Assembly: GCA_964247055.1 (NCBI GenBank)
Contig: OZ176053.1
Coordinates: 5,518,001 to 5,582,000 of the forward strand
Direction of reading: 5' to 3'
DNA: 64,000 bases
DNA from: Paragordius varius
Lineage: Eukaryota > Animalia > Nematomorpha
Position 1 is the first letter of the stretch, and every line of letters begins with the position of its first letter. The notes below the pieces were generated by a model. That model was not told where the DNA came from. It made no database searches and saw only the letters and a list, made by a program, of their open reading frames with translations. A program made the translations under genes and the position numbers. Shown in pieces: positions 12,605 to 26,300 of this stretch.

Positions 12605-13200
12605 CACTTGGATGCAACACATTCATTTTAGTCCTTCGATTCAAATTGGGGTATCTAAATACCCCAGACTAAATTTAAATTAAAATTTTTAAAAAACTAT
12701 TGAAGGAAACGGTCTTAATTTAAATTTATGCTTCTATCCTGATAAATATTATATAAATATGCCAAAATATCTTGATAAAATTTTTTGAAAAAAAAATCTC
12801 AAACTACTTCGACGCCATTTTTATTTTACAAAAATTTTGCAAAATATCGTCTTCATTTAATTTTAAGGGTAAAACTAAAGCTTATTTTTTGTATAAATTA
12901 CATCTAACATTGATAGAAATAGAAAAAGCGGTTTATTTTGTATTATTTTTTAATTTTACAATTTGACATGTCACGTTGACTAAATTTTTACCTTTCAGTT
13001 TTAGCTCAAAATAAAATATCAAGTATTTTTGAATAAAATTTTTTATATATTTCGGTTTATTAATGTTATATAAATGCAAAATTTTGCCATGGTTTCGATT
13101 GCCTCCATACTTTTTAAAGTATTTGATTTTAAACAGGCCTGGGGTATCCAACTACCCAATTTGAATCGAAGGACTAAAATGAGTGTGTTGTATCCAAGTG
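12605..13200. mobile_element. Complete TTAA/piggyBac-type MITE, 596 bp
   Basis: TTAA at 12601-12604 and 13201-13204. About 60-bp imperfect TIRs CACTTGGAT(G/A)CAACACA(T/C)TCATTTTAGTCCTTCGATTCAAATTGGG...TACCCCAG. Inverted homolog at 51537-52111. Confidence 0.88.
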
Positions 13201-13284
13201 TTAATTTATTTGATTTATCAATAAACTAAATTTATTAGATAATATAAGATAATTTACAAATAAATTACAATTTTTATAAGATAT

Positions 13285-16200
13285 TTATCGTTTCCGTTTT
13301 TGGCGAGAAAATTGAGGATTGAATTGTGAGTTGTAAAAACCTTGTCGATCGTGGTTTTGAGTGTCTGAATGAGTCTTTTTATCAGCCAAAACTTTCATCC
13401 ACTCTTGTCCAGGAAGTGTAGTGATATGTGGATTGTGTTCTATGACAGTTTGTAAAAATTTCTCTGTTCGAGCCTATTTGAATGAAAAAAAGCACATATT
13501 TAATAAGGTAGAGAGTAAACAAAATAATTTTTGCGAACAAAAGAACATTTTTGATACTTTTCTAGAGAATAAGTTATCTAAGCTTTAAATTGCAGATTAC
13601 TGAAATTAATGCAATTGAAAAACTTATTCATACCTTATTAATTTGAAAGGCAAAAGTTTTGAAGGATTATACATTTTATAATTAACTAAAATTAAAAAAC
13701 AGCAAAGATTAACAAAATAATAAAAAGTCTTTTATAGACGAATATAACAATTTGATACTTGTTCTGCTTGTTCTCGAGCTAAACGTTGATGTCTAAGCTT
13801 TTCTAATTTCTCATTTTTTTCTTGATCATTCGATGATTTTTTGTGATGTTTTTTATGTTTTTTGTGTTTTTTTGAAAAGCTTTGATTATCGGATAAAGTG
13901 GGCAATATAGAGATTAATTTTCCATCAATTTTAGTTTCATTTACCGAAGCGTGTTCGATGGCTAATGGTTGTGATTTAGATTCTTTTTTGTCGCGCAAAG
14001 ATGCAAATATAGCATCAATTTCTTCGCTAATACAAAATTAATTCAGGTAATGTTACATATTTAAAAATATAAATAATTATAGTTAGAAAATGAATAATAA
14101 ACGTTATATTTTCATATGGTACATATAAATTTTGATTAATATTAAAAAAATCGTAGACTTCAAATTAAAAATATTATTTTGTAAAAGGATTTTCAGGTTA
14201 ATTTAAAGGAATGCAATATAGCACCAAAAAATTAGCACTATTATTGGCAATATTGGTATAATATGTAAGTTTTCTAATTTTAAGTATTTACTATGCAAAT
14301 ATATTGTATTCTTTTTATGCCTTTATAAAAATTAGATTTTTTAATCAAGATAACTTTTTTGCATTTATTTCATGCAAGTCTTACAACAATTATATTGAAG
14401 ATAAGGCATATTAGAAAATTTGTTAATTATCATATGATAATGAATAATATTCTAAAACCCCTTTAAATGGTATAAAGCTTGCATTTTAAGGACATTTTAT
14501 ATCAAATTTTAAGAAATTTGTAATTTAATTTTTTTTGTCTCAGATCATTAAAGATTCATATAGATTACTTAACAAATACTAGCTTTACAATAATAAAAAG
14601 AACAAAAGGTAAAAAAGAAAAATATTTTTATCAAAAAGCCACTGAAATTATAACTTTAATTTATTTAATGTATAACTCATTGTTTTAAACTGCACGTCTA
14701 AAGTAAGGATGTATTGATCATAATCAATCATGTGTTTGACAATAAAAATTAAATAATTTATATAGGAAAATTTGAGGTTTAAAAAAGTATAATCGTCTTT
14801 AAAATATTTGCTTTATATTTTTACGTTTTTTCTGCATAATTTTAATTTTACTGTAAGATCCAAAATGATTCCATAAATAAAAATATAAAATATGTGTCAA
14901 TGGATGGATATATTATGAATTATACTTTTCACGTTGAAAGTCTTTGGAACGAATGGAAGGTTGGTCTAATTTTGGTTTTAAATACCATGGCGTTGTATCT
15001 AACAATATTAAAAAGATAATCATATAAATCTCCAATTTATAACCTATTTTATACATATTTAACCATTGACAAGGAACTTCTCAGTAGATAGATTAATCAT
15101 CAAAAAATTTAATCAATAATCCGACATGTATGAATTATATAGGTTGAATTATTTCTTCAGTGTTTTCCATAATAACGTTTGATAACATTTGACAATAACA
15201 ATATGGGGAAAAAACTTTTGATTGCATTAATTTATATTATTTTGGATAAGGAACAAAAAATACAATAATAAAATTTACACCTAAATATATTTAATTATAT
15301 TATGGTAAAAAAGCGCTGCCCCTTTCCCTTTCTTAACTGTATTTTAAACAGAAAAAACTTTTTAAAAAATTTAGAAAGTAAATACTCGGATATGTTTTTA
15401 ACAATATTATATAATAATTTATAATAAAATAAACGGATAATAATCTACAATATTTACTTTATATAAAAAACAAAAGACCCAACGGCTTCAGTTTATCAAC
15501 TTAAAATTTGACCCAAAATATATGTGTTATTGTATATTTCATTATGTGTTTATTGGCAAATTTTTACTTCTATTTTTGGAGGGTTATCTAGATAAATTTT
15601 AAAAAAACTTATTAGGGCTAAAAATCTTGTTTTAATTGCAGAAAATTTCATGTTTTGTTAGTTTAGATATCATATATGATAATTACAAAAAATAAATTAT
15701 AATGAATTCATAATGACTCATATTGAGGAGCTCGTTTGTTAGGAATAACTGAATACCGAAACAAAAAGGGCCAAAAGTTATAATTAAACATACACTACAT
15801 AAGGTTAAAACGAAAAATATTATTTAAAAAACATTAAATTAGCCCTTTTGAAAATTTGTTTTTACTTTGGGAATCAACAGCACTTTGTCCCAAATATATC
15901 CCAACTTTGCGTTCCCAATCTTCTTGTTCCTTCTTTTTCTCACGTTCTTTTTGAAGATCTTCAAAATTATCTACCTTTTCCTATATTTAAATTATAATTA
16001 TGTTATATAAGCAAATATACACAAAATGTATTTTATATATTTAAAATTATCTAAGAATAACCCCCTTTTCAATCTTTTCAAAAAGATTTATATGCGAATT
16101 ATTGTCATATATTTTTTCTTTTTTGGATTTAGGGATTGGTTCCACAAACCCTTGTTTTTCAGCTGCTTTTTGCCGTAAAACATTTAAACGAGATTCTGTT

Positions 16201-16350
16201 TCCTAAATATAAATATTTACACTATACATATTGAAGTTTTCGCTCTTTGGTTTTCACCTCTTCTTCTAGGGCTTCTGCTTCATCCTTTCTAACTTTGGCT
16301 ATATTATCCTTTCTCCGAACATGCCAACTCTTGTGTGGAAGAATATTCAT
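13285..16350 (-). CDS. LENG1: Leukocyte receptor cluster member 1 homolog (CBF1-interacting co-repressor N-terminal-like domain), ~302 aa
   Basis: Phase-consistent exons 16350-16228, 16202-16062, 15980-15866, 14998-14926, 14026-13759, 13473-13285. Hallmark motifs [54 protein letters not shown] and C-terminal [12 protein letters not shown]. Confidence 0.92.
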
Positions 16351-16559
16351 ATGGATAAATTTAAAAAAGTGTTAAAACGTCTGATTCAATAAGCTTGTAC
16401 AAATGATGAATATAATTAGGATTAAAGAAAGTTTGAACTTCAATTATATTAAATTAAAACAAATATTTTAAAAATCATATATCTTCAGAGGCATCGAATG
16501 CCTCGTTTACAATGCATCCATTATTGGCCGGTATAAGAGATATTCTAATGAAAAAAAAT

Positions 16560-16905
16560 TTTTTAATAGAGAAATGTATCAGGATTATCATGGTGCTTTG
16601 GTTTTGGTGTTCACTAAAGATTTAACCTATTTTGAGGTAATTTTGTATTCCAAAGCGATTTAAAATTGGAATAAAAATAATTTTAGCTATTGAGCCAAAT
16701 TAAAAATATGCTTTTAATCTTTTATGCGCATTACACAAAATAGAAAAAATGTAAAATAAAAAAATCCTCATCTTAAACTTTTGCCATCATTTTTATCTAT
16801 AAATTTAGTAAATCTCTGACGCGACATGCAAATAAATGTATACTATGGTTAGAGAATGTAAATAAAACTTTCGGGTTAAATTTACCAGCAAAAACTGGAT
16901 ATTAG
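16560..16905. repeat. Representative copy of a degenerate dispersed repeat family (~350-450 bp)
   Basis: Motif GTATCAGGATTATCATGGTGCTTTGGTTTTGG recurs near 2055, 6020, 16575, 53635 (+) and 28270, 43280 (-). The linked motif AAATGGCGGCG..AAAGYTTGAGATGAGGATTTTT recurs near 23495, 25055 (+) and 16765, 61695 (-). Termini not defined. Confidence 0.6.
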
Positions 16906-16907
16906 CT

Positions 16908-16909
<2 letters not shown>

Positions 16910-16951
<42 letters not shown>
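16910..16951. repeat. (TA)n microsatellite
   Basis: About 21 AT units abutting the dispersed repeat. Confidence 0.97.
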
Positions 16952-16953
<2 letters not shown>

Positions 16954-18827
16954 AAATGCAAACTAGTAAATGTGAAAAGGTAATAAAATGTTAAGCGAAT
17001 AATTAGAAATATAATAATTTCAGAAATTTGAAAAATATAAGATATCCCTTATCTGTTTTGAGATGCCAAAAGTATCCGTTTAAAAAAAGTGCAGATCTAT
17101 TGATATTAATAAACTTTACATCTAATATGATTGTTGTTAAATTTTTTTGAAAATTGTCCTTTGTTTTAATTGGCTAGATCCTTACAAATATCATAGCGTT
17201 TTCTAATTCTTAAATTACCTATTCATAAAACCGTAGTTCATTTACCTTATATACCTATTCAAATTTGATATATAACCCGTATAATCCTTACAATATTTTT
17301 TGTCAAAAATTGATATATATGGCTTTTATAGGGGACCTCGTCTATAAATTATCACTAAGTTCGGTTTTCTAAAACCTAAATTTTAATAGGTGCTGATCTA
17401 ATATCTAATACACTTTCATATTTATAGAGAACATGCATTAATCGTAATGCGCATGTTGCATTTTATATGAGTCAACTGTTTTTGTTAATTTCACAATTCA
17501 AATCAGATATCCTGAAAATACAGCTTCTTATACTCAAAATAAAATTAATATATCACAGTTGCATTACGGCAAATTATAAATAAAGCTTATTCGGATTTTA
17601 AGTCAAGTCAAAGTCCAAAATCTAAAAGTTTTTATGAAAAAATAATGGGTTATAACAAAAATAATAATATACGACTTATTTACAAATAATTTATACAGGC
17701 ACATTAATGTTGGTCAATTCACATTATTTTTGTCTTATTGGTAATATAGTAGCGCAGTTGTACTCATTAAAAAATTTCAAAGGGCGGTAATAAAATATTT
17801 ACTTGTATCAAGGGCCATAATAGTGGTAACTATTTCATAGCTGTTTTAGACATTTGCAGATATTTATATGCCAAATAAGTACATCAATTTTTTAATCATT
17901 CGGTGCCATAAAAAAGTACTTTTCATGACCACCGTCTGAGTGCCGTTGTGGTAGAATATGGGTAAAAAATAACAAATGGTTGATATTTTAATTTTTACCT
18001 ATACATAAACATTAAAACTTAATTATGGACAAAATTTGTTATATATCATACGCTAATGTAATACCAATTGCCCAACAATAATGAGAATCGAGCAACAAAT
18101 ATGCATACTGTAATAAATGTATTTGATGCCATCCACAACAATTTTTTTAACACTCTTATGAAATGCTAATTTAAAGGCTAAATAAAATCAAACAAAATTT
18201 AAAGAATATCTAGATGGTTAAAACTTAGACAAAAAATTCAAAATAAATTTTTACATAAAATGCTAATAAGTTTGAATTAAAACTTTTTAGTTTGCTAAAT
18301 ATAGTTAATTTATTTTAGGAAATACCAAAAAACATTAATTTTACTTTATGTTCGTGATCTACCTGTCATATATTTAATCCAATAAAAATGAATCTTTTTA
18401 TAAATTTTATTACTATTTAAGGAATAAAAACAATGCTAAAATAAAATTTAAGTAGTATATTAACGAATTCGGGGAAAAATGTAAAAAAAGTCGATTTCTT
18501 GCAATATCTTAATGATGTCTTAAAAAAATGTCAACTAACGGTTGATAAGAAAATCATCAAAATGATAACAAAAATAATCAATATTTACATCATCTATAGG
18601 GCATATTACAATTTTATTAATCCCTTAGAGGCATGTTTATATAAATTGATGTAATCCGTTAAACAATCAATATACGCGATTTGATTTTATATCCCTAACT
18701 AATTATATCTAGCATTTACGTCATGTTTCGTATAATCCGACTTTTAAGAAGAGAGCATTCAGTCACACAAGATACTATAAAAACATGAGAGATATATTGA
18801 ATGTTTTATTTTATATTTTTGATATAA

Positions 18828-20313
18828 ATGTCCCGAATTTCCATTTTTCTTATCATTATAGGTGAGTAAGTGTACAGACCGTAAAATTTTGTGATAATTT
18901 AAATTTGAAACTACTTATCTTATTTTGTGTTTTATTATATCTTTTTTATTGAACTATAATATGTTTTTATTTTATATTTTTCGCGACAGTGAAACTTATT
19001 TTGATACTACATGCCGCCGATGGGTTGGACAATGAAACTTCAGTTATTGATATAAAAAAATTGGAATTATGTCAAGATTTTTATACTCATGTCTGTGATA
19101 AGTTATATACCCGAGACCAAATCACGCTTGGTAGCGATAATGTTAAAGAATATAATCCTTATACACGGTTACGGAGAAACGTTTTTGATACCATTTTCAG
19201 TATTCATTCATTTTATTTTAGTTGGCTAATTTAAACAATCATCATTTAAAAAAATTTTATTGAGTATTAAAATGATTGGACGTTGATAGACATTTATTAA
19301 TTAAAATGGTCAGCCATATAAAATTCTAAATTGCAAAGCTCTAAGGAATTGTTCGTTTTCAATTTTTTAAAATATTTTACCATTTAAAAAAACATCACAT
19401 TAGATTACCAAGCATACATAACTATTATTATAGAATATGTGACTTCCTTGAAAAAATCTGAGAACGAAAATAATACGGATCAATATGCATTTGAACCAAA
19501 ATTCCGGAATCTGTATCAAACCTGTGTGGCAGCATTCGAATCGAACGACGAGTCACCCATTAATCAAGGCTTTAACATAAAAGAACTTCAAAAAACCAAA
19601 GACACGTTCTATAAAAAGATTTTATTTGCCGCTAAAACATGGGAACCTTTGTCGCGTGCATTCTTTTCTAATGATAATAATAATTCACCCAAAATGTTTA
19701 GGACTCGAATGGTGAATCACTATGATAAATTGTATGAAACTTATACAACGGCTCCATCGAACCAAAGCAATGCATTGTTAACCAATATACTGATTGATTT
19801 ATATAAAACCACAGGGTTTGCTCTTTCTAAATATAATGTTCTTGGAATATCTCTCGATACATCGGAATATGTAATAGCTCTTAAAGTACCGAAAGTTACC
19901 CTAAGCATTCATGAAAATTATAATAATACAACCCAAAATGAAAACAGCACAGTTGATGAAAATAATTTTGGGAATGAAACAAATTTAACACAAAATATAG
20001 ATGTTTCGAACCCATACAATAAATATAAAAAATATTTTACAACCGTTACTCAAAATCTTGGGATGACAGAAAAAGACTTCGAAAATATTTTTGAATTCGA
20101 ACGACAATTAGCTCAAGTAAATTTTAAAAATATTTTAATTGAATACATATTTTAGATAAGATTGCGCTACATATACAAATTCAGTGATTACTGACATAAA
20201 ATTTAGAATAATATTTATAGTCAATAGAAAAATTGGAATACTCGTTAAAAAAAATTATACCAATTATTTTTCCCACTCATGTAATTAAAGCTTTTTAGGG
20301 TAGGATGCATTTT

Positions 20314-20360
<47 letters not shown>

Positions 20361-23300
20361 AATCAATTATGGATTTAAAATACTACTAAAAGAATTTTTC
20401 TGTGATTGCAGAAAGCTGGTATTTGAATAGATTATCGATAACCATAAAAACGTGATTTTTAAATCATTTTATAAACCATTTAATATACTCTATTATAATT
20501 TATATTCATTTTATGGATATTTTTCCTTCCAGTTTTAAGCAGAATTATAACCCATTCAAAACTTAATTAATTTAGTTTTTATCCACGGTGTATTATATAA
20601 TATATTAATAATAGATTTCAGAAAACTCAGCAAGTTATCGGAAAAAACACGTTAATTATGAAAGATTGGCCAAAAAACTTGGTGCATTCAACGCTGTATT
20701 ATATTATTCCATATATACTTTTTTAATATGGAATTTAAAACCAATATGTAAATGATAAACTTATTCATTATACAGATAAATATTAGCCAAATTATTGCCG
20801 AACTATGTGTCAAACGAAATATTTCCTGTGAAGAAATTTCTATACAATACAACAAGAAATATTTGACTCAACTTGACAAACTTTTGAAAAACAGCATGGA
20901 GTCGTCCCATGGTTTTAGGTAAAATTTAAAAAAGTTTTTTTAGGCGACGTTGTTAATTTTTTAATTTTTATGAATCATCCTTTAAATAAATTTTTACAGA
21001 ACTCTAATGGATTTCTTATTATTGGGGCATTTGAGAAATGATTATATGCATATGCCATTATCATTTCAACGGGCACGCGATTCGATTTGTGAATATATGC
21101 CCGAATGTACATACAGAACCGATAGTGATGCATATTGTTATGATGTAACCAGCAAAATGTTCCCCGACATACTTGATTACTATTTTTATAAACTATTTGT
21201 GGCCAATAAATCGTATGATGGGGTGGGTGTTATGATTATTTTTCATTATTATTTTCTTTTGTTTTTTAGTTAATCCATTGAAAAAGATACTACCTTGTAT
21301 CGAAAATTTTAATATAGTTTAATCTAATAAATACGGGAATTCAAATTATTATTTTAACATAAAATATTAGTTCTCGTTGGCTTATTAATTTTATTTACAA
21401 GTTTAATGCATTTGTTTAATATATGGAAAATAATTTTTGGAAGCTAAATGGCGAAAAATCTGTTGAATTTTATCATCAATTTTTGTAAATTTATGTTTTA
21501 AAACAGGTTAGAGCCATTTATAATACCCTTAAAACGACAGCATGTATAAAAATAGAAGATTCCCCATGGTTAGATCACCCCACTAAACAGAGTCTGATAA
21601 AACATGTAAACATTTATTAAATTATTAGAAGAAGTTCATCTTTTTGCTATTTTCATTTATATTTCTTAATTTATAGTAAATTTTGTTTAACTGCCAAATT
21701 CAGGGTCAAAAATTTGTTTTTCCCAATTTTAATATTTTTTGGAAAGTGTAATTATCGGAATTCGGAAAAAATGGGAGTCACGTTCCATATAAGGGAAACA
21801 AACTTCGAAATTGATTTAAACCAGTCAGGCTTTTTTTACTATGAATCAGAAGGGCTAAATTGCATATTAACAGATATTAGTATAATAAATAAATTTAAAG
21901 GCACCTTTTCAATACGGCCCAACATTAATAAAGCGTCGAAAATGTAAAAAATTTGGTTTTGAAAATAAGCGTAATTCATTAATTTTTGTATTTATGGGAT
22001 TTTAATATGTCAAAATTTTAAACTAATTAGCTTTGTTTTAAAACCATCATTTACCTAGTAATTCCATAAATCTTAGTTTGAAAAAAAATGTAGTTGGCCC
22101 GTCACCTTAGATGGATAAATAAATATATTGCTATTAAATAAAACATCCCAAATCTTATTTTTGTTAAAAGGGTTATTTTAAATTATAGTTTATTTCTCTA
22201 TCTCAGGTACCGAACGGGTTGATCACATGTTTTTAAAAAAAGTATCTATTTCTAGTGTATAAAATCTAAGTGATTAGACTATATCCCAATAAACAAATTT
22301 ATGCGAAATTTTGTGAAATATCATTGATTCTCTTTCATGTAAATGCTTTACTTTGTAAATGTCGGATTTTATTGAAACACAAGCTTATTAATTATGTATT
22401 TTATTTCCTATTATGTATTCATTTCATATATTAACCATTTTGATTCATAAATATAATTTTTTAACAAAAGCTGACTCCTTAAAAACCGTTTTTTCAACCT
22501 ATTTTCTTATATTTGTAAATAGCTTCACAATATTACGTTTGAAATAACTGATTCATTGGATTATCAAGAACCTCGTGTGCTAGAAAACCATTATAAAAAT
22601 GTAAACAAGTTTTAGTTAATTTTTAATGTATTTTGTTGTTATATAATGAAAAGAAAATTTTTATGTTCGTGTAAATTTAAAATTATATTTGTTTTAGGTC
22701 ACAACAAACGAAGAAAGTTTCGCCCATAATTTAGATGAATTACTTAACTTTGAATCAATGTATGTGCAGTTATTGTTTTAAATTGAAGTCTTTCGTTAGC
22801 TATTATTTATTAAAAAAAGAATTTTTACTTCAACTAATTAATTAACACTTGATTACCTTTTAAATATTTATAACAGAACGCACTTTGGAAAGAAAATCTT
22901 TAGAGCCTAAACTTTGTAATAAAATACACAAACACTAAAATAATATAGAAAAATTTTTATATTGTACTCATATACTCTTCGAGCAAACAGCTGATTTTTA
23001 AATTATTATCAAAATTTCCTTAAATATTATTTTTTTTGTTAACCATATTATTTGCTAATTTTATATTTTTAAAAAATAAAGAAAACGGTTAAAAGTTTAA
23101 CACTATTTTTTTATATTTTAAATTTTTTGAAATATTGCGCTTAACGTTTCATGACCTTTTCACTTTTATGTCCTAGTTGATATATTGGGGTAGTTTCTCA
23201 GAGCTCAATGTAATAAACTACTTTTTTTATATGAGTTAAAATTCAATTATCAAACATTTTTCTCATGTATTCGATTGAAAACATTATATTTTTTACAGTT

Positions 23301-26300
23301 TTGTGACTTCTAGAGTTTAAATTTGGGATAGCTCCAAAACAATATAGAAACGAACAGCTAGTAATTAGATTAAACATATAATCAAATTTTTGTTGGTAAA
23401 ATATAGCCTGAAAGCATTTTAAAGTTAATTATTTACATTAACCATAATATACATTTTTTTCCCTGTTGCATTAGCGATTTAAAAAAAATAGAAAAAAATG
23501 GCGGCGTAAAGCTTGAGATGAGGATTTTTTTACAATTTACATTTTTTTCAAAAAAATTTATAATGCGCCTAAAAGGTTTAAGTATATATTTAAATTTCGC
23601 TTAAAAAATGCTTTTTAAAATATTCAAATTCCAATTCGCTCTGGGATATAACACTACCCCAGAAGGTCATGGAGTGTTATAGGGATACACATTGTTTAAA
23701 TTTTCAATATTATAGATATTTTAAATTTTTTTATAAATCGCCTGGGAAATACTCTTAAAAGTTATAAATGTGTATAGCATTATATTTTAAACATATAATT
23801 TTTAGATTTTCCAGAGAGAAGTAGTATATATAAATTTTGTTGTCCAAATGCTTATATGCAGCGATTTATTAACACCCTATCGAAATAACAGAATGTCTTT
23901 AAGAAAAATAAAATTAATACTTTTTACAATAAAAATAGCTTGTAAACCGCATTGTGTTTGAAACCCCTTTTATTATATATAAAATCGGAATCAGAGGTCC
24001 TGAAAAAAGGCTTTGTTTTTATTTTATAAAACTGTATTCTGTCTTCACATATTTTTTATATTTAGCTAATTATATTATATCGAATTCATAGGGATGGAAA
24101 AACCTTATTCGACACTGACGTATTCTACGATAGCCATGAGAATAAAATAAGTTAATAATTTGCTTTGCATATTAATATATATTGAAAACTTGGCCATTAA
24201 TTGAGCCTTTATCACTAAAATCTAATTTTAAACTGTTATTAATTTTTTATATTTATATCTCATTCATAGAAGTGTTTGTGGGCCTTTTACAAGAACCAAT
24301 TTATGCCGATAAGCCAATGTAAGACATTAGTTTTAACGTTGCTTGTGCTAATACAATATTTTTTTTCGTTTATAAATCAATTTAATGCCTTATACAGAGT
24401 ATCTCAATATGCTGGGATTGGGTCCATTTTAGGACATGAAATGATGCATGGAGTCTTTGCGCATCGTAAGTTTTAGCTTATCATAACATAGCATATTAAC
24501 TTGATAATTTATTAGTTGCAATTTTATTGGTGAACACAATACTACGTTTGGCAAAATTATTATCATCATAGGAAGAGATTGGATCAAAATAGGAAAAAAT
24601 TAAATTTAAATTTGGTACACGGATGATTTTTTTATGTTATTTATTAAAATAGTATCAAAATTTGGCAGGCCATATATTTATCAGTGATATTCTGTAAAAT
24701 ATGATGAAGTATTTTTTATTTTTAAAAACAATTTTATAGTCATATTTATTATTATACACCTGATATATACCTGATTGGTGGTCAATTTTTGGTTGTCAGT
24801 TGCTGAAATTGCACTACCAATTGGTAGAATACTGCTGAAACTATTCTAAAGCACAAAGGTGTAAGAGGAAAACGTTTGAATTAACATTAATTTTAGTTTA
24901 ATGGTTAAAAAATAGAATAACTCCAAAAACCGATTGAAACCAGCTTATTTTATTATGAATAAATATTTTGCTAAAAGCTTTCTAAAATTAATTATTTACA
25001 TTTTTATATTAAACATTTATTCAGTAGTACCGATTTTAAATATATTCAGAGAATGGCGAAAGTACGTGATGAGGATTTTTTTGTTTTACATTTTTAAAAA
25101 ATTATTTTTTAATCATGCGACTAAAAACGCTAAAGATAGCATATTTTTAATTTGGCCTAATATCTTAAACGCTTATGATATTCTGATTTAAAACCGCCAG
25201 GAAAATAAATCCAGGTAATAAAGTTTTGACAATAAAATATTATAACAAATCCAAAATGTTAATTTTTGATCCAAAAAATATTTAACATAATTAGTGAGTT
25301 GGTCAATTTTCAATTTTGGCTAATTAAGAAAGTATTGTAAACCTTTTTCAAAGCCAAAATTTATACCTAATTTGGACAATTTCGTTGTACAGTTAAAAAT
25401 CTTTAACGTTGTATCTTTCATGCAATGGCGTAAAAGAAGGACATAACCTTTCTAAAATTGGCTCGGTATCCACTGATCTTGTGTGCTTATATACCATTTA
25501 CAAAATTCACTTTTAAACAATTCAAATTTATCCTTCAATAAATTATATGTTTTTTAAGATTAAAAATTACCTATATTTTTATATATTTTTAAAAAATAAA
25601 ATTTTGTGTTAAATTAATACTGAATTGAAAAAATAATATGCCATAAAGATATATTCATATTAATATTGAGTTATATTAATTCGAAAACACATAATTTTTT
25701 TAGGGTGAATTTAAATTGCTCAAGGGTGAATATGAACTGTAAATGGTATATATTATCATCCCAATTAATTATAATAATTTTTATAGTGGTTGACAATGAT
25801 TATGAGGATTATATGACATCAAACGTTACGGGACCTCTTGTAGAGCATTTCAAATGTCTCAAAACAAAATATGAAAAATTTACCAAGAACAAACAAATCG
25901 TAATATTATTATTGATAAATATAAAAAATTGTATTTTCAAAATTAATTTGTGATTTCAATACATTATGGTAATTAACATGTTGGGCTAATTAGACCGCAG
26001 TATGAAAATTATATAATTCACAATAATTTATTTATAAAAATATTTTATTCTATGTTAAGGATGAGGATTATGTTTTTGATGAATACATCGCTGACAATGA
26101 AGGAATCAAATTGGCTTTTGCGGTATTTATTTTCTATAAATTGATTGTATTATTTGAGCGTCTTTTTGATATATATATATTTGGTAAATTTATTTTTTAT
26201 AATTTACAAAATGATCCAGTTTAAATTATTAATAAATTTTTTAAATGATTGTCGATTGTCATCACACACAATTCCTTTGTTTGAAATTTTCTAATAATTT

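Noticed and set aside
23806-23890. Exon-like PNAYMQRFINTL resembling the M13 NAFY motif
   Set aside because: No splice donor before the in-frame stop. Exon 24092-24150 (DVFY..NKI) fits phases and alignment instead.
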